From: Catajapyx aquilonaris
Lineage: Eukaryota
Length of the DNA: 64,000 bases
Assembly (NCBI GenBank): GCA_000934665.2
Contig: KZ538278.1
Coordinates: 1 to 64,000 of the forward strand
Reading direction: 5' to 3'
Part shown: one piece after another, positions 38,975 to 52,654 of the stretch
Layout of the letters: each line of letters starts with the position of its first letter
Position numbering within the stretch: the first letter of the stretch is position 1
Notes under the pieces: generated by a model
Seen by the model: only the letters and a program-made list of their open reading frames with translations
The model's database searches: none
Told to the model about the DNA's origin: nothing
Program-made: the position numbers and the translations under genes

Positions 38975-41900
38975 GGCAACGACATCAATAAGCTCGAAAC
39001 GGGATAATACTATATTATGTTTTGTGACTGGTTGTAAGATCAAGGGCCTCAACTTGTTGAGGGATTCTAAGGGAGGAAGATCCCGCATGGAGGAAATAGT
39101 GCCAAAACTCGGACTAGAATTCAGTTTTAGTTGAGGGTCCCCTGAGGTCCTTAAAACAAGCCCTCTTGGTGAGAAACACAGGAAGTACAATAATTTCTAA
39201 ACTGAGGAACAAATCACAGCATATTAGGATACACAGCTGTTCCCGAAGAATAAGAGAGAAATATATAAGTACCGGTACATACGTATTTGGTTTTAACAGA
39301 TGTAACAGATGGTCTTGCGCAATCCCGCAAATATGATGAGGGAATACTGTAGGAGATGGTAAAACAAGAATTCCTGTTGCTTTCATGGAGCCCTATATAC
39401 TCTGTATAGCGATGTTGTCATCGGGATACTGGTTGAGCAGGTTTTTGTACTGGTGGTGGATCTTGTGAGGGAAACATGCCCCGCACGTAGTGCCACCCAC
39501 CTCACAAGGACACTCCTTGGTCAACCAGTACACCGAATCATCTACAGGGGAAATCTTGTCAGATAGGCAGGCCCCTTCTGTGCGAAGAGTGAGCCAGCTG
39601 GCAACATCTTACTATGGACAGTTGTTTTACGTCCGCTACCGTCCTCTCCTCAGCCATGTCAATTATTTTTAGATGTTACATTTTTCAAAAATGTTAAGTC
39701 TAATAAAACATGTCAGTATGATGTAAATAAACACACTCTTCCGGCAAGCGTACTTGAGAATTTACCTCACAAAATGATGGAAAGGACAGCAGTGTGTCGG
39801 ATGCAAAATGCATTTTCTGGCCATATTGACGATGACCAAATGGGGTACTATAATGTGCTTGAGCTGTTCTACAATTTTAGGATACAATTGTATTGTTTTC
39901 TACTGCATGGCTACTTAGACTCCGCCCTTCTATAGGAGGTCAATGCCTATGTAAGCTTATCCAAGAATAAGGTATGTTCTGACACAGTGTTGGACATTAT
40001 TTTATGATGCCATACTGGTGGCTCCAAAAGCCGTTGGAGGCAACAGAGCGAATGGAATTCATCTTCGATTGGCTCTTTTGCCACCAGCGGCTCGTTGAAT
40101 CACCTGTACGACACTCTTAATGTCCGGCACTGTGTGTAACACTGGAATTGTCACTGAGATATAACACGTTGTAAAAATGCAACATCTTTTTGGTCTGCAA
40201 ATTGGTCACTATCTTACAGCACATGACGAGGTATCACTTTATTTGGAATGAGAGAGGTAACTATTCACATACATATAGCCTACTGTTTTGTCGAATTTTG
40301 TCCGTCCATTCAAGAGTCCCTTATCTGCAGCCTATAATACAAGTATTTGGGTTGCGTTTATTATGACTCACCCTGTATGATCAGTTTATTAAAGCGGATA
40401 TTTCATGGGGCGTATAATTACGGCGCTCGGATGTAAACCATGGTAACCGATATATGATACTGCATATTAGATGGACTGTGAGAAAAAATGGGTTGGAAAG
40501 TACACATAGTGCTACATTACGTTTAATCGGGGTAATGTTTGCACCCTGATAGTACTGTCGGCACAGTAGATACATACAGGGTAATGTACTTCCCAAGTTC
40601 CCAGTTCAACGGAGAAGTATAGAGGAAGAAATATGGGTTATTTTCTCTATAGCAATCAGTGCAAACTGGTTGCTGGAAAGAACAATCCCTATAACTTCTT
40701 CACCTACCTATATATACCTCTAGAAAGAGTGACTTGGGCAAGTACCTTCCGCAGTGAACCACCCTGTAGCCTATATATTCACCAAGAGTTAATGCGATGC
40801 TCCAATGTATTTATTGGACAAGCACGATTTTTGAATTTTGCAGTTGCCATGGTTTGCACTGGAACTCCTCAATGAAAATATGCGAATCACAAGTATGCCT
40901 ATTTTGAAATTTTAAAGCACTATTATTTTGCACGACCCTTTAAAATGAAAATTACAATACTCTTAAGTAATATACAATGAGATTATTGTTTATAAAAGTC
41001 ATTTTAAGTGAATGTCTAAAGCAAAGGCATGGTAATGATGTTCGTGCCAATTAAGAGCCGTTACAATTTCAGCAGCGATGTAAACCGTCCATATTATATA
41101 CGGTCTGGCGAGTTTGTCGCGTGTTACATAACATTCATCTCACAAAGGCTGGAGCTTTACACACAACTCGACTATACTTAACTCCTTTTTGCTGAAAAAA
41201 AAATTTGACCGAGTTGATTGGAATGACCCGCACCATATAAAGCCACCCCTGACGTCAAAGGCGCTCAATTAACATCGCTTATGTTTCTGCATTTTCTATG
41301 AGCTTTAAGATGTAACGAACCGAATATTGATTGAGCTTGTGGGCTCTGTCACTGTTACGAGCTAGAACCCACAATTTTGGGTACCTCTATATTCTGGTGG
41401 TCCAAAGTGGTGGCCCTTTAAACATGTGACTATAAGACCATATCCGACTCCTGTGACCCAACCCGCTCATTATACATCCAAATGTAATCCAGAATTTCCC
41501 AAGGTTGTGGTAAAGCGTAGCGAACAGAATAAGAGGTAGGCACAGAAACCATAAAATGATTAAAACCAGGCCTGCCACCTCTCGCCTACCTCATTTCCTT
41601 ATTACCATTCGTCGGTTTCATTTCCTTAGGAACAAGAAAAAGTGAAGGGATTCGCCGGCGCTGTGTCCTAATGAAATCGGGGACACATGGCGTGCTGAAA
41701 GGTAACTAACATAAATAAGCTGTCAGGCCCGCTTCCTCGTTAGGTCCCTGTTAGATCGCGGAATAAAGGCGGGGGGTCCACACCCACACCTGAAGGGAGT
41801 CTGCCTCCCTCCCAGGCTATAAACCTCTTCCAAAAAAGACATGTCGACAAACTTTAACGCTGCTTGCTTTTAGTCACATTGCATTTTGCTGAGCTATCTA

Positions 41901-42299
41901 CCAACTAAACGCGCCCCATAAATATTGAGGCGATTTGGCTCAAAAACTCGTGACACGGCATAATAGTAGTTTTAATTTCGGTTGCAAACATGCGCCCCCT
42001 GTATGAAACAGCGCTGCAAATATGAGAGCCCACAACAAAAACAGGTAATATGCTGCCCATTAAAACGTTTTGTTGCAAACTATAGGCCTATGTGGCAGGA
42101 GAGCGGAATTATTATATTAGCAAACAAGCAAGCCTCGCTAACTTATACACAGCATATGCGCTGAGCTGTATACACCTATATGGAAACAACAGCCAATATT
42201 GCACCCAATGGACACTCGTTAGCGGACCTGAATTTGATACAAGTGACTAGGGGGAAAGATCTGACATGGGAATATTCATCCATCATGGAAAAAGAAGAG

Positions 42300-43010
42300 T
42301 CTCACTTCGGCATTCCTTCAAGCGCGAGCTAAGCAAACATCAGGGAATGTTGTGGCAAGAAATTTTCCTTCGTCGAATCCGCAGCGGCTAGGAAAACACC
42401 TGGGACGCAATTTCGGAGGATGAGCCAATGCACTACTGCACCAAGGACTTGCAAGATGGTGCCTATACGGGATAATTATTTCCAGGCTCGCGGCCAAGAA
42501 TAATCGATGCCGCAAAATATTCACCTGGCTTTTCTTACCGATTATACTGCAGCTGTACCATCCAAAAATAATTCCAGACCCGTATAGCTCCACCTGCACT
42601 GGTGGCAATTTCAACCCAGGAGATTTCCAGACCATTTCTAAAGAATCTTACAGCCACACCAATTTTTTTTCCTGGAGGGGATTGTGACTTGCGGCGAAGC
42701 TCATCCCTTCTTGAAATGGGCGCATGTGAGACTCTTTACGCTTTCAATCCTGGATGGCAAAGTCTTGCCGTCCAGAAAATGGGCCCTGATTTTGGCCCGG
42801 AGTCACCGTCACTCAACGGCAAACTTGGCCTGTCAAGCATGAGGAAAGCCGCCCCAGGAAGCAGGCCAACCGGCGGAAGAATCGAAATTACCTCCTTCTT
42901 CTGGCATTTGCACCAAATCGTGCTGAGGGGGGGTCTACCCAACAACGTCGAGAGGATAAGAGTCCCGGAATAGGATTCAGGGAAATGGGAATCCCCAGAA
43001 CTTTTCGGGT
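42300..43010 (-). mobile_element. LINE RT and C-terminal relic
   Basis: ISILPPVGLLPGAAFLMLDRPSLP (like [22 protein letters not shown]) followed by IIPYRHHLASPWCS (like LVRPxLEYASPVWS). Confidence 0.55.
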
Positions 43011-43969
43011 CACGCTTTCGTGCATTAAGTTTGCTCTATATAAGAAAAGAAAAATTCAACAGATGTATGCCTGTAGACTGCAACGAAGACATGTGTATTG
43101 TGCAGACTATGAATATACTGTGGGTTGATACTATAGTTAATTAGCTATTTGAGTACTTTAGAGGTATAGGTCTATCAAAGCCTGACCTCCAACTCTAGTC
43201 ATTATAGAAGCACCAGAGACCGACTTACAAGCTAGACCTGTATTTGTAGCAGGAAACCTCTTGCAATTAAGGCTGTGTTACCAACTACGTGCGATTGGCG
43301 ACAGACAGATCAGAGGGGGCGATCAGGTAATTTGAAGAGGCTCAATTCAACCTTTGACTAAGAAAAGTATGGTAACCTTGACAACTCTCATACCTGCTGC
43401 GTATGTCAACTTATTTTCCAGTTAGGTTGCTTTACGTCAAGGGCTCTCGGGAAATGCTTCTATGCGAGACTGTTGCTATAGGATTGAATGACGTAAAAGC
43501 ATGATGTTCTATATCCTCATTAGCATTCGTTGATAATAGCCTAACTATCTACTGCGTCGTAAGCTAATTTCGTATTCCGATAATTTTTGAATTTATCGGA
43601 TGAGTTTTTCTGAGAATATATAATTAGATACAAGGCCCGAACTCTTTAGTGTTTTATTCGTACCTGCCTGTTGTTGTTCATGTCAAACCCACTGGGGGCC
43701 CAGTAGTTAAGGCGATACCTCACCTCTCCAGAGGGCATTTTTGCAAATGAGTTTGCAGATTAGGCTGAGAGTTTCTCGGATGAAAGGTTTTGGATTGTTA
43801 TTTTTGAACCAGTTATATCCTTTGAGAATATATGTCATTAAAAAGTTAGAAATGAGGCTTATATTTTTCCAATCATGCTCCCTACAGAGAGAAGTATGGA
43901 TATAATAATAATATCATTATGATTTTAAATAAAAATAATTTTGCTGGCATTATAAATGCAACACTATTC

Positions 43970-44310
43970 AGCAAACTAATATGCAACGAACAGCTACTAA
44001 AGCAATAAGAAAAAAGTCGCGAATAATTAGAAAGGATGTCCGACCGCTTTCAATGCCACCGTCAGAAATTGCTAACTCTCGGGACCTCAAATATGAAGTC
44101 ATTAGTCCAAAACTGATGCTGTTCTGCATCCCATCTGGTAATGAATTGGCACAACCCCATCCAAACCGCAAAATGACACTGCGCGGCCTTTATTAGAACG
44201 CATTCAGTTAGGTTAGACCAACACCACTCTCCGCTGAACAAACTTGAACGCGATGAACTATCAAGCCATATGGGACTCGACATGATCCCAGCTTTAGGCA
44301 AATTAAATCA
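43970..44310 (-). mobile_element. LINE RT relic
   Basis: LMTSYLRSRELAISDGGIES resembles WFxSYLxNRxQxVxINGxxS. Confidence 0.55.
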
Positions 44311-45829
44311 TAAATAACAGAAGAATAACTTACAAGATGGCTCTATCAGTACTATACCCGACCACACACACGATGGATTATATTCACTAAGAACCGCTTT
44401 TCATAGTTTTATTAATGAATATGTTATCGCTTGTAACAAGCCCCTCTCTTTTTATAGAAGCTGTTGTAGCCCTTCCGGCTTTCGGTCCTTTACACCGCCG
44501 AATCGCGACCTGTCACAATAAGCACTACTATCCGAACTTCTGCTTTTTTTCTCTCTCTCCCCAAAGAATGGTGACTGGGCCGAATCGAGCGCACAGCTAC
44601 CTCACTAATTCCCAATTCATTGCAGTTGCATGAAGAGAGCCCACTGCTAAAGGCTAATCAGTACTGGCGCTTTCTAACGTTGTTATGAATCCGACTTTTT
44701 TTTTCCTTTCCCTGACTCTCCAACTCTCTCACGTCATGCATGGGGACAATTAGCTCGCAATGGCAGCTCCCAATCATAAACCCTTCACGTAACTTTGAAT
44801 GCAAACCCCCGCAAGTCTCATTCCGCCCTACGATTCTCTGCAAATGATGTGCTATTGTTCGTACTCATCAGTGCGGCAGATTGGCAAGATTTCGTGGAAA
44901 CTGGGGCTGGGGTAGGCTCACTCTGCTGATAAGTGTAAAATATATTCATGCGACTAGCATATTCGACAAAAAAAACAGGCGTTGGCCATCATCGTACTTA
45001 TCTCCGGAACAATACGTATTCTACTGCCATATTGTCCTTTGCGGTTGTCAAAGGGCACCGCGTACTGTAGCTAACCCCACACTTTTTTTTAAATGTATAA
45101 TCTGCACGTGCCTTGGTCGCGGTGTAATATGTCATATCCACACCTAGTCACGGTATTAATTATTCGTATGATTTCAGTCAACAGTGCCTGTCACCGTACA
45201 TAATCGCCTAACTGCGCCGAGGATTAGTCGGGGGCTGCACAGTATCATCGTGAAAGCTACATTACGCCGAATAAAACTGCTCTCTCGCCCCCTATACGGC
45301 CACAAACATTGATGGGACAATCCGACAGCAACACTTTTCCCACACCGCCCACATCAATAATTACCGGACATCACACTTCATTTGTGCCGTGCCACCTTCA
45401 GGCATATCGCTGGAACCAAACTGCCGCCAAATGTAATCATTCAGACGCAGCTCTCTTTTATCAAAAATAATGATAGTAGTTACCGTATCAGGGCTTGCAT
45501 AACAGGAACAGACATTTGTGGGGTCTCTCATGGTAGCAGCACTCCCCACCACTCGGAAGCGAAAAAGGGCTTGTTCTTTCTCACGTACCAAAGCGGCCAC
45601 AAGAATAAGAGCATCGGTATAGCACTACAGGAAATCGATCACAGTTACAGCTACCTCGTTTCGAGCTTTCAAGCTGTATTAACACAAGCTATTGAACATA
45701 AGAGCATGAGAATCAATATAGGGAGGTAGAAAAGAGTGTGCCACAGAAAGGGTTGAATACGGCTCGTTTTCAAAGGATATATTAGATGAATAACTGACAA
45801 CCCAGCACTAATAGCATGCAAAAAAAAAA

Positions 45830-46350
45830 GTACTCACCGTGGCCAAGTTGCGCTGCCCACGACTTTGGCGGCTAATTAGGGACCGACCGTCTTTGGCACT
45901 GGTGGATATGGCAACAGGTACTTCCTAATGCCCCCCAGTGAACAAGCAGATCTGGAACATCCCCACTACAGGAATTTGCATTTGACTCTAACTCCCCTTC
46001 TCTAAGAAAAATTTGACAACCAAATTTGACTGGCGGGATGGAAAGGTGGTGGTGTGAGGTTTGTGCGGGAATCGGAGAGCGAATGATCCGAAAGAGGATG
46101 AGCCCGCCAGCTGGATGCCGGCTTTGGGGGCCCCCCCAAAATCTCTCTTTCCTCCACCTCCTCCATGTGCGTTTGCGTCAGGGGTCCCCTCCGCCCCCCA
46201 AGAATGGAAGTGCGCATGGAAGCGGGGGAGGAGGGAGGCAACCCATGCAAAACAGTTGCCCACCCACCCCCTCCTCTTTCTCAAAAAAAAAAAAAAAAAT
46301 GCCCACGGGCGAAACCCTCCTCGAAAAGTACACTCCAAGGCACGTGCAAC
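45830..46350 (-). mobile_element. LINE AP-endonuclease relic
   Basis: LLPRFHAHFHSWGAEGTPDANAHG (like ILGDFNAHHxxWGSxxTNxRG) followed by TTTFPSRQSNLVVKF (like PTFxxxxSxIDLxF). Confidence 0.55.
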
Positions 46351-49300
46351 TGAACAAGCCCACTTCAGGTTTTATCTGAATATGTCAGTCTCGTCAGGGA
46401 AGACATGGGCAGGTTATTATCAAGTCAATGCCATACACGAGTCTTTCACGTGTCGGGGCTACCAGTATTGAGCATGTTAGTCTGGACCACGGTTCCTGAA
46501 GAAATCAGCCAACATTTTTGTCTGGGAAAAAATCAGACTTTTCATACTGTATGAATGCAAGCATATTTTAAGTTCCTCAGCTATTATACTACCTGTATTG
46601 CTCAAAGTAGTGGTTATTAGTATGAAAATTAATGCTACTCAGTTACTCAAGTTTGGTACTAATTCATTTACATTGGAGATCTCTTCACTTTGCCATATAA
46701 ACAGTATGTTATTTGTGCTTCAACCAGACGGACACAACTTTGGCTTATAGGGATGAGTTAACTTTATTTGAATGGGTGTACGTGGAAACTACGCGGAAGA
46801 GGCTGTATATTACAGTGCCGCTTTAAATATTCACACAAAAACAAAAATTCGTTGCTCCAACCACATCCTGCTATTCCCATGGGAACTATTAAACCCAATA
46901 ACATACTATTAGTGCTCTCTAGTTAAAAAAATATTTTTAAACAATCCTATAGGCAGTTCATAACTTAATTAACTGGATGCTACTGCACTGTAAATTACTG
47001 CACAGCATTATATTAACTTTATCCCCTACTTTTTAAAATTATGGCATAGGCCGAATGTTCAACCACTTGGATTATGCGGGGCTCATTACATTACTATTGC
47101 AGGGCCACGTAACGTTGTAACATATTGTAGCACAGCAGATGCTGGTACTGTAATAATGTTCCACTCGTACACTATAATATTTGAGTAAATTACACTAATA
47201 TGAGTAATATCTCTCAAAATAAGATTATCTATGACAAAGCCCGCATGCCATGCAGCAGAGTAAATACAGTGAAACCTGGCTGCAGCGGAGTCACTCCCTT
47301 CAGGAAAAAAAGCAGGTTGCCGTATATGCGACAGAAATACTGGGTAGATTAATAGTGCTCTTTTCAGATAATTTATAGTATATGGTTTAGCAGGAAAACC
47401 TTTGGAAATAATAATCATTTCCAAAGGCTATTAGATCAGGCAGCTCTGCAATGGTCCAGTGGAAACGTCGTGTTCGCAGAGTGGACCGGACCTGTGAAAT
47501 GGAAATTGGCTAGTATTTTAAACACCATTACAAGTTGAGTATTGTGCCTCTAATCCGCACTTTTTAATGAAATATTTTAATACATTTGATGCGGATTAAT
47601 ATAGAAATAAGCTTGAAACTAATTTAATGAAATATTGATAAAATTCCAAGTCATGCTGCAATTCCGGAACAAAGTAGGGGTTGTGCATATCTCAAGTGCT
47701 TGACTTGCCATTTAAATGTTTCAAAAGTGGCTTTTAGGTTATTATTCAGCAAATGCTGTAGACAGTATGTCAGTATAGTAATTGCGACACTATGTGAACA
47801 TAGTCGGATATAATTTATTCCGTGCCAGTGAAAATTTTACTGGCATGGCGGGGACAACCTTGAGTCGAATTATTATGAAGACAGTGCTATTATTACACTT
47901 GTCATAATCACTACTGTACCAGTGCTGTGTTGTACCAGTCCATTCGCTTTGACACAATCATACTGCACTGTACCTTTGTCCGCAGCAGTAGAACGGGTTG
48001 TCGCAGCGTGTCACAGCGTGTGACAACCAGCTAAGTTATTTGAAGTTGATATTCTCCATGAGCAGGAAATTCAGCAATGAAAACGGAGCATGCTCTTTTC
48101 TTCTTCTGTGTCTGAATTTTAATATTGATGAGAAACCTATCCATCAAAATGTGCTATACTTTGAGAACAAAGCATAAAATGTACGTAATGTAAAAGCCCA
48201 GCGAAAAATATCCTATACAGCCCAGGTATATTATATCCTCTATTGCATCATCTATTGAGTGCCTTCCTCAATATTGGGGTTTCTATACAAACAATGCCTC
48301 CCATCCATCACAGAGTACAATATTTGAGATTAGATGTACGCTGCCTGCATCCACGGTATTAGTCTTGGATTCACCAATATGTGTTCAGTCAGTATATTAT
48401 TTGATTGGTTGCATATCATATTCTTAGAGTACGAAATGTCTTTATTTGTGTTATGCAAGGTTTTTGTTCGCCCTTTTAAGAGTGGGTTGAATATTATTAT
48501 ATAATATATTATTATCAATAGTAAATCTAGAACAAGTAATATTGGTCCTTGTTATTCATATTATAGGCAATGTTAGTCACTTGGTCAGGTTAAGATCGCA
48601 CCATATTATACTCTCTTATTTCCCATCAAACCATCATGTATCCTGCTAATTACCATAATATTACGCATATTGATGTTGGATAATTAATTAGCTTTTGCAA
48701 ATGAATGCGTATGCAAATTTGATTTCGCTCTGAAAGCAATGAATCACACATTCATTTTTCCCCTGCTATTTGGTAATTATTATTAACACTATGCTTTTAT
48801 AAATGAAATGTTTCACATTGTTCAAAAGTATTTATTGCCAGCAAATAACTACGTAATAATCGTAGTGTGCTAACATAGCCATGAGTAATGCCATAAAATC
48901 AGCTGTCTCCAGTAAAGACTGCCTGACACGTCAAGGTGCTTCTGTGTTGACGCAGCATGAGTTGATGACGGTTGTTCCGTTCGCAAGGGTCCCATTCACT
49001 AATCACAACTTCCTTTTTCGTTAGCGAGGTTACCGGTGTGTGCGGTGAGAACACACCTGTAGTCGGAAGAACTAACAGAAATATCTATAATGAGACCCTT
49101 CCTTCTATAAACGAAATGTTCGCTGTAAGTTACCCCGATGGCATAAAATGTTGCCAAAATTTTCTAGAAAGCATATTCCCTCCAAAGCGCCGATAACGCC
49201 GCAGCTCTAGGTCGAAAACGGATAGAACACCGTGGCCGATAAAATGTCTTCGGCGCACAACCGTACAGCCCTACTTTACAGTCTCCCACCCATCAATTTC

Positions 49301-50379
49301 CCACACACTTTACCCCTCATGAACAGCGACTGCAGCAGTGACAGTATCAACGAAATGCTGCTGCAGTTTTTGGCCAATAATGCGATGCAGCTGGCGTAAT
49401 GAGTATACAGTATAGGTCTACTTTGGTGTTACTTTCTATCATGCAAGAGATCTAACACTTCACACTAAGAGTACGCTGTAGTGCAAACATTTATACAGGG
49501 TTAGTCAGGACTTCAGGTCAACTTCCGGCCAGAGTACAATGTTTTCACAATGTAAGTCTACGTACAATGCAGCCCAACGAGCAAACATACGGTACCTGGA
49601 TCCCGGGAAAAGTTAAGTGAGCATGATACCGAGAGTGGAAGACATGATGCATGCATAATGGTGTATGTACAGTAGATGAAAATTAATGCCGACAAACTAA
49701 TACTGCATCTAAATTGCTCACAGGTGCTAACTCTTCTTAAAAATATCTAACACATACAGTAGTCTTATCAATAATTCTTTCTGTGTAAACTTACTCTATC
49801 ACATATAGTTACGCCACGTTACTATCAGACATTACATAATATTATGACTGTGTGGTGGTTCCTCCCAACTTTTTTTATGTTAATGAATAGGAAGTAAGCA
49901 AGAAATGGCTCGAGTCCGTAGAATGTATTCACCTTTTTGTGCGTGAATTGTGCAGCGCCTCTATAGTGATGCACACTTCTATTGTACGTATTCCAAGTTT
50001 GTATGCATAATCATACATAACTTACATTAATTCCTCGAAACTGTGTGTTAGTGTAACTGCACTGCAGATGCAAACATGCCTCCCGTTAAAATAATGTGGG
50101 ACATCTCCCCTGCAGAAATAGAAAATTATATTATAATGGATATACAGGGTGATCTAAAATACTCTTCCGATTGCTGTGGCTGTTGTTGGTACAGTACTAA
50201 TCTACATAATTTAATCAGTTACTTGAATTCAACTTGTAATTGGGGCTGATGTATTAACTGAAATGTGATGTATATGCATTCTCCCACTAGATTAGACTTT
50301 CATTAAGTGGTTCCGCTTGCTTATTCTGTGATTTATATGCACAACTTCCAGAAATATTTTTTCCCAACCGTCCTATATT

Positions 50380-50575
50380 ATAGGACGCTGGGAACAAATG
50401 GGTTGTCATTTGCCTGTGCTGTGATGAATTTTTCTTGTGGGAAGAAACTTGAGAGCACCGAGAAAACCCACGCGAACACGGAGAGAACCCATCGAAACTC
50501 TATCCACATAAGTATCATCTGTCCAACACGGGGATCGAACTCGGGACCTCAGATGTGGAAGGCTGTGGCGCCAGC
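50380..50575 (-). mobile_element. tRNA-derived SINE with V-domain-like body, family C
   Basis: Minus strand has B-box GAGTTCGATCCC followed by GTTCTCTCCGTGTTCGCGTGGGTTTTCTCGGTGCTCTCAAGTTTCTTCCC, resembling the conserved V-SINE-type central motif as I recall it. Confidence 0.75.
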
Positions 50576-51701
50576 CCCTAGAAAAGGGATATTACGCAGA
50601 CTAAAGAAAGAGACTTAACTAAGTTTATTGATGTGAACCTGAATTTTACTGTCTGCCGCAGTTTCAAGAAGTGTGGAGTGATCAGGGTCATAAATACAGC
50701 TGCACTTTAATCATATTGTTAGCATATTATGTGAGCATGTATGAGTTGGTAAGAATGAAAGCATCCCAAGGCTAATTTTTGACCAAATTGTGTTATCGAT
50801 TGAAAAAATATTATCCACACGAAAGTACGTGTACCCATATTTTTTTAACGTTCCCAATCCCATCCGTTACCGTAGAAACGTGCGATGAACAAGTTAGAAT
50901 GCCTATAGACGGTATGAAAACATCCCAAGTCCGTAATTATTAGCCTTAGGCCTATATACTGAAGCGTAATTGCCAGGCTCTAATATGGGTTAGATGAAAT
51001 CTTGCATTTCCTATAATATAGCTTGTAGTTTTGTGTTGATCACACGCTTCCTGCCACGATAGACTCCATTAGAGAGTACCACCACATTTCAGGTCTTCTT
51101 TGTGAAACCAGATAGGGCATTTAATGAATGTTAGGTATATATGTACTCCTTTCAATTCAGAAATTAGACAGGTTTTTATTTGCCTCCTGTAAAGCAGAGG
51201 TGCTTGGATTTAGGATGTATTTATTCTCACCGACTCATATGGTGTGAGTTATTACCAATCTTTGGCCTCTGGTAATGGCACGCCTGCACACTTAATAATG
51301 TTGAGGTAGTTCTCTAGTAATCTGGCCAGGAGGCCAAGCCTATTTTTTTACTTAGTTGCGAAAATATACCTCATAATGCTTCCTCGTATGTGGTATCTAC
51401 TTGCAAAAAGGGACAGCAAATAACATTTAAAATTTCAAGGAGTTTTAGATTTTGTCAACATTAGACGAAAACAGGAATAATAAATGACCCACTTTCCGGT
51501 TTTTAGGTATGTTCAGTGGGGATTTCACTACCTCTGCACATAATAATAGCCACACAGTAATATAGTCAGACAAAAGAGCCAGTATAGGTATGACTGATGG
51601 CTGCATCCATCAGTTTTAGCTATACCAACTCACAGAAGAAAATCCCACCATGTAATAAAGAAGAATACACAGTACTAAGTTCTTGGCTGTACTTGCTCTT
51701 A

Positions 51702-51912
51702 CTGGCGTGTGGGTGGCGGGAGGGTAGTAGTCGGTGGGGGCAGCGGGCTGTGTCGCTAAGATAGGTCTGTATCCGCAAGGAAGGAAGGTTAGGCTTGGTT
51801 AGGTTAGGTTGGTACAGCATACCCCTTCCAAAATCCAAAAAATCAATCTGCCTTTGCGGCATAGCCAAGCTGCCCCCAGCCACCACTCCCCCTGCCGCGT
51901 CCCGCACGCCAG
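51702..51912. mobile_element. TTAGG-containing foldback MITE, copy 2, uninterrupted
   Basis: Imperfect TIRs of about 60 bp (CTGGCGTG...CACGCCAG) flanked by TA, internal GGTTAGG repeats, core shared with 28860-29285. Confidence 0.82.
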
Positions 51913-52139
51913 TAAGGGTTAGTCTTTCCAAGTTCTTTACTCCATTTATATGTATTCCTCCACCACGATAAATTATTTATTGTTAAGTCTGTGTATAAGC
52001 TACCCTTAAACTATCATGAAACAGTATACGGTAGCCATTCCGGTTTATGGGGATAATTAAAGGCTAAGAGAGGTGAATTGATGAAAAGATAATGACAGTC
52101 CAGAGTCTCCCTTTAACTCGCATCTTAGCATGCAATTAA

Positions 52140-52654
52140 CCCTTTAATGCCTACGGACATCATATGATGTCCTGCTGGTTTTTGAACTGGGAGCGCTAGA
52201 GTTTACACAAAAATGGAGCAGTTTGAGGCTCAAACTGCTCCTACCACCTCATGGAAGGGGGTTCAACTACCATGGCGTATGCTTATCAGTTTTGCTGCCT
52301 CCCAGCGGGAGCTAAACATAACCCCTTCCGCCTGAAAGTTTTTGACAACATGCGGCGTCTGTACTCGTAGGAATTTCTCAAAGTACAGTGTTTTAGTAGT
52401 ATTATGTAACCAGTAACAATTTTATAGTGACTTAAAAAATTTAAATAAATTTAATTACGTTTCAAGTTAATTGCACTTTAATTTTTTTCTGGAACACCCT
52501 GTAGAGAATTTTTTCGGCATTTTATATTCAAAAGGACCACCACGAGTTGAAATGATAAATATTGGAGCATATTGTTTTTCATTAATATTACTCCTACTAG
52601 AATTTCTTTTCAAAAAGAGACTATAACGGCAAAAAAAACTCATGCATCAAAGGG
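52140..52654. mobile_element. piggyBac-like non-autonomous element
   Basis: TTAA|CCCTTTAATGC ... GCATCAAAGGG|TTAA: TTAA TSD and CCC/GGG termini. Confidence 0.8.

Noticed and set aside
45838..46350. GC-rich promoter and first exon on the minus strand
   Set aside because: The donor site is good, but the region translates to LINE endonuclease motifs and all frames next to the donor are closed within about 120 nt.
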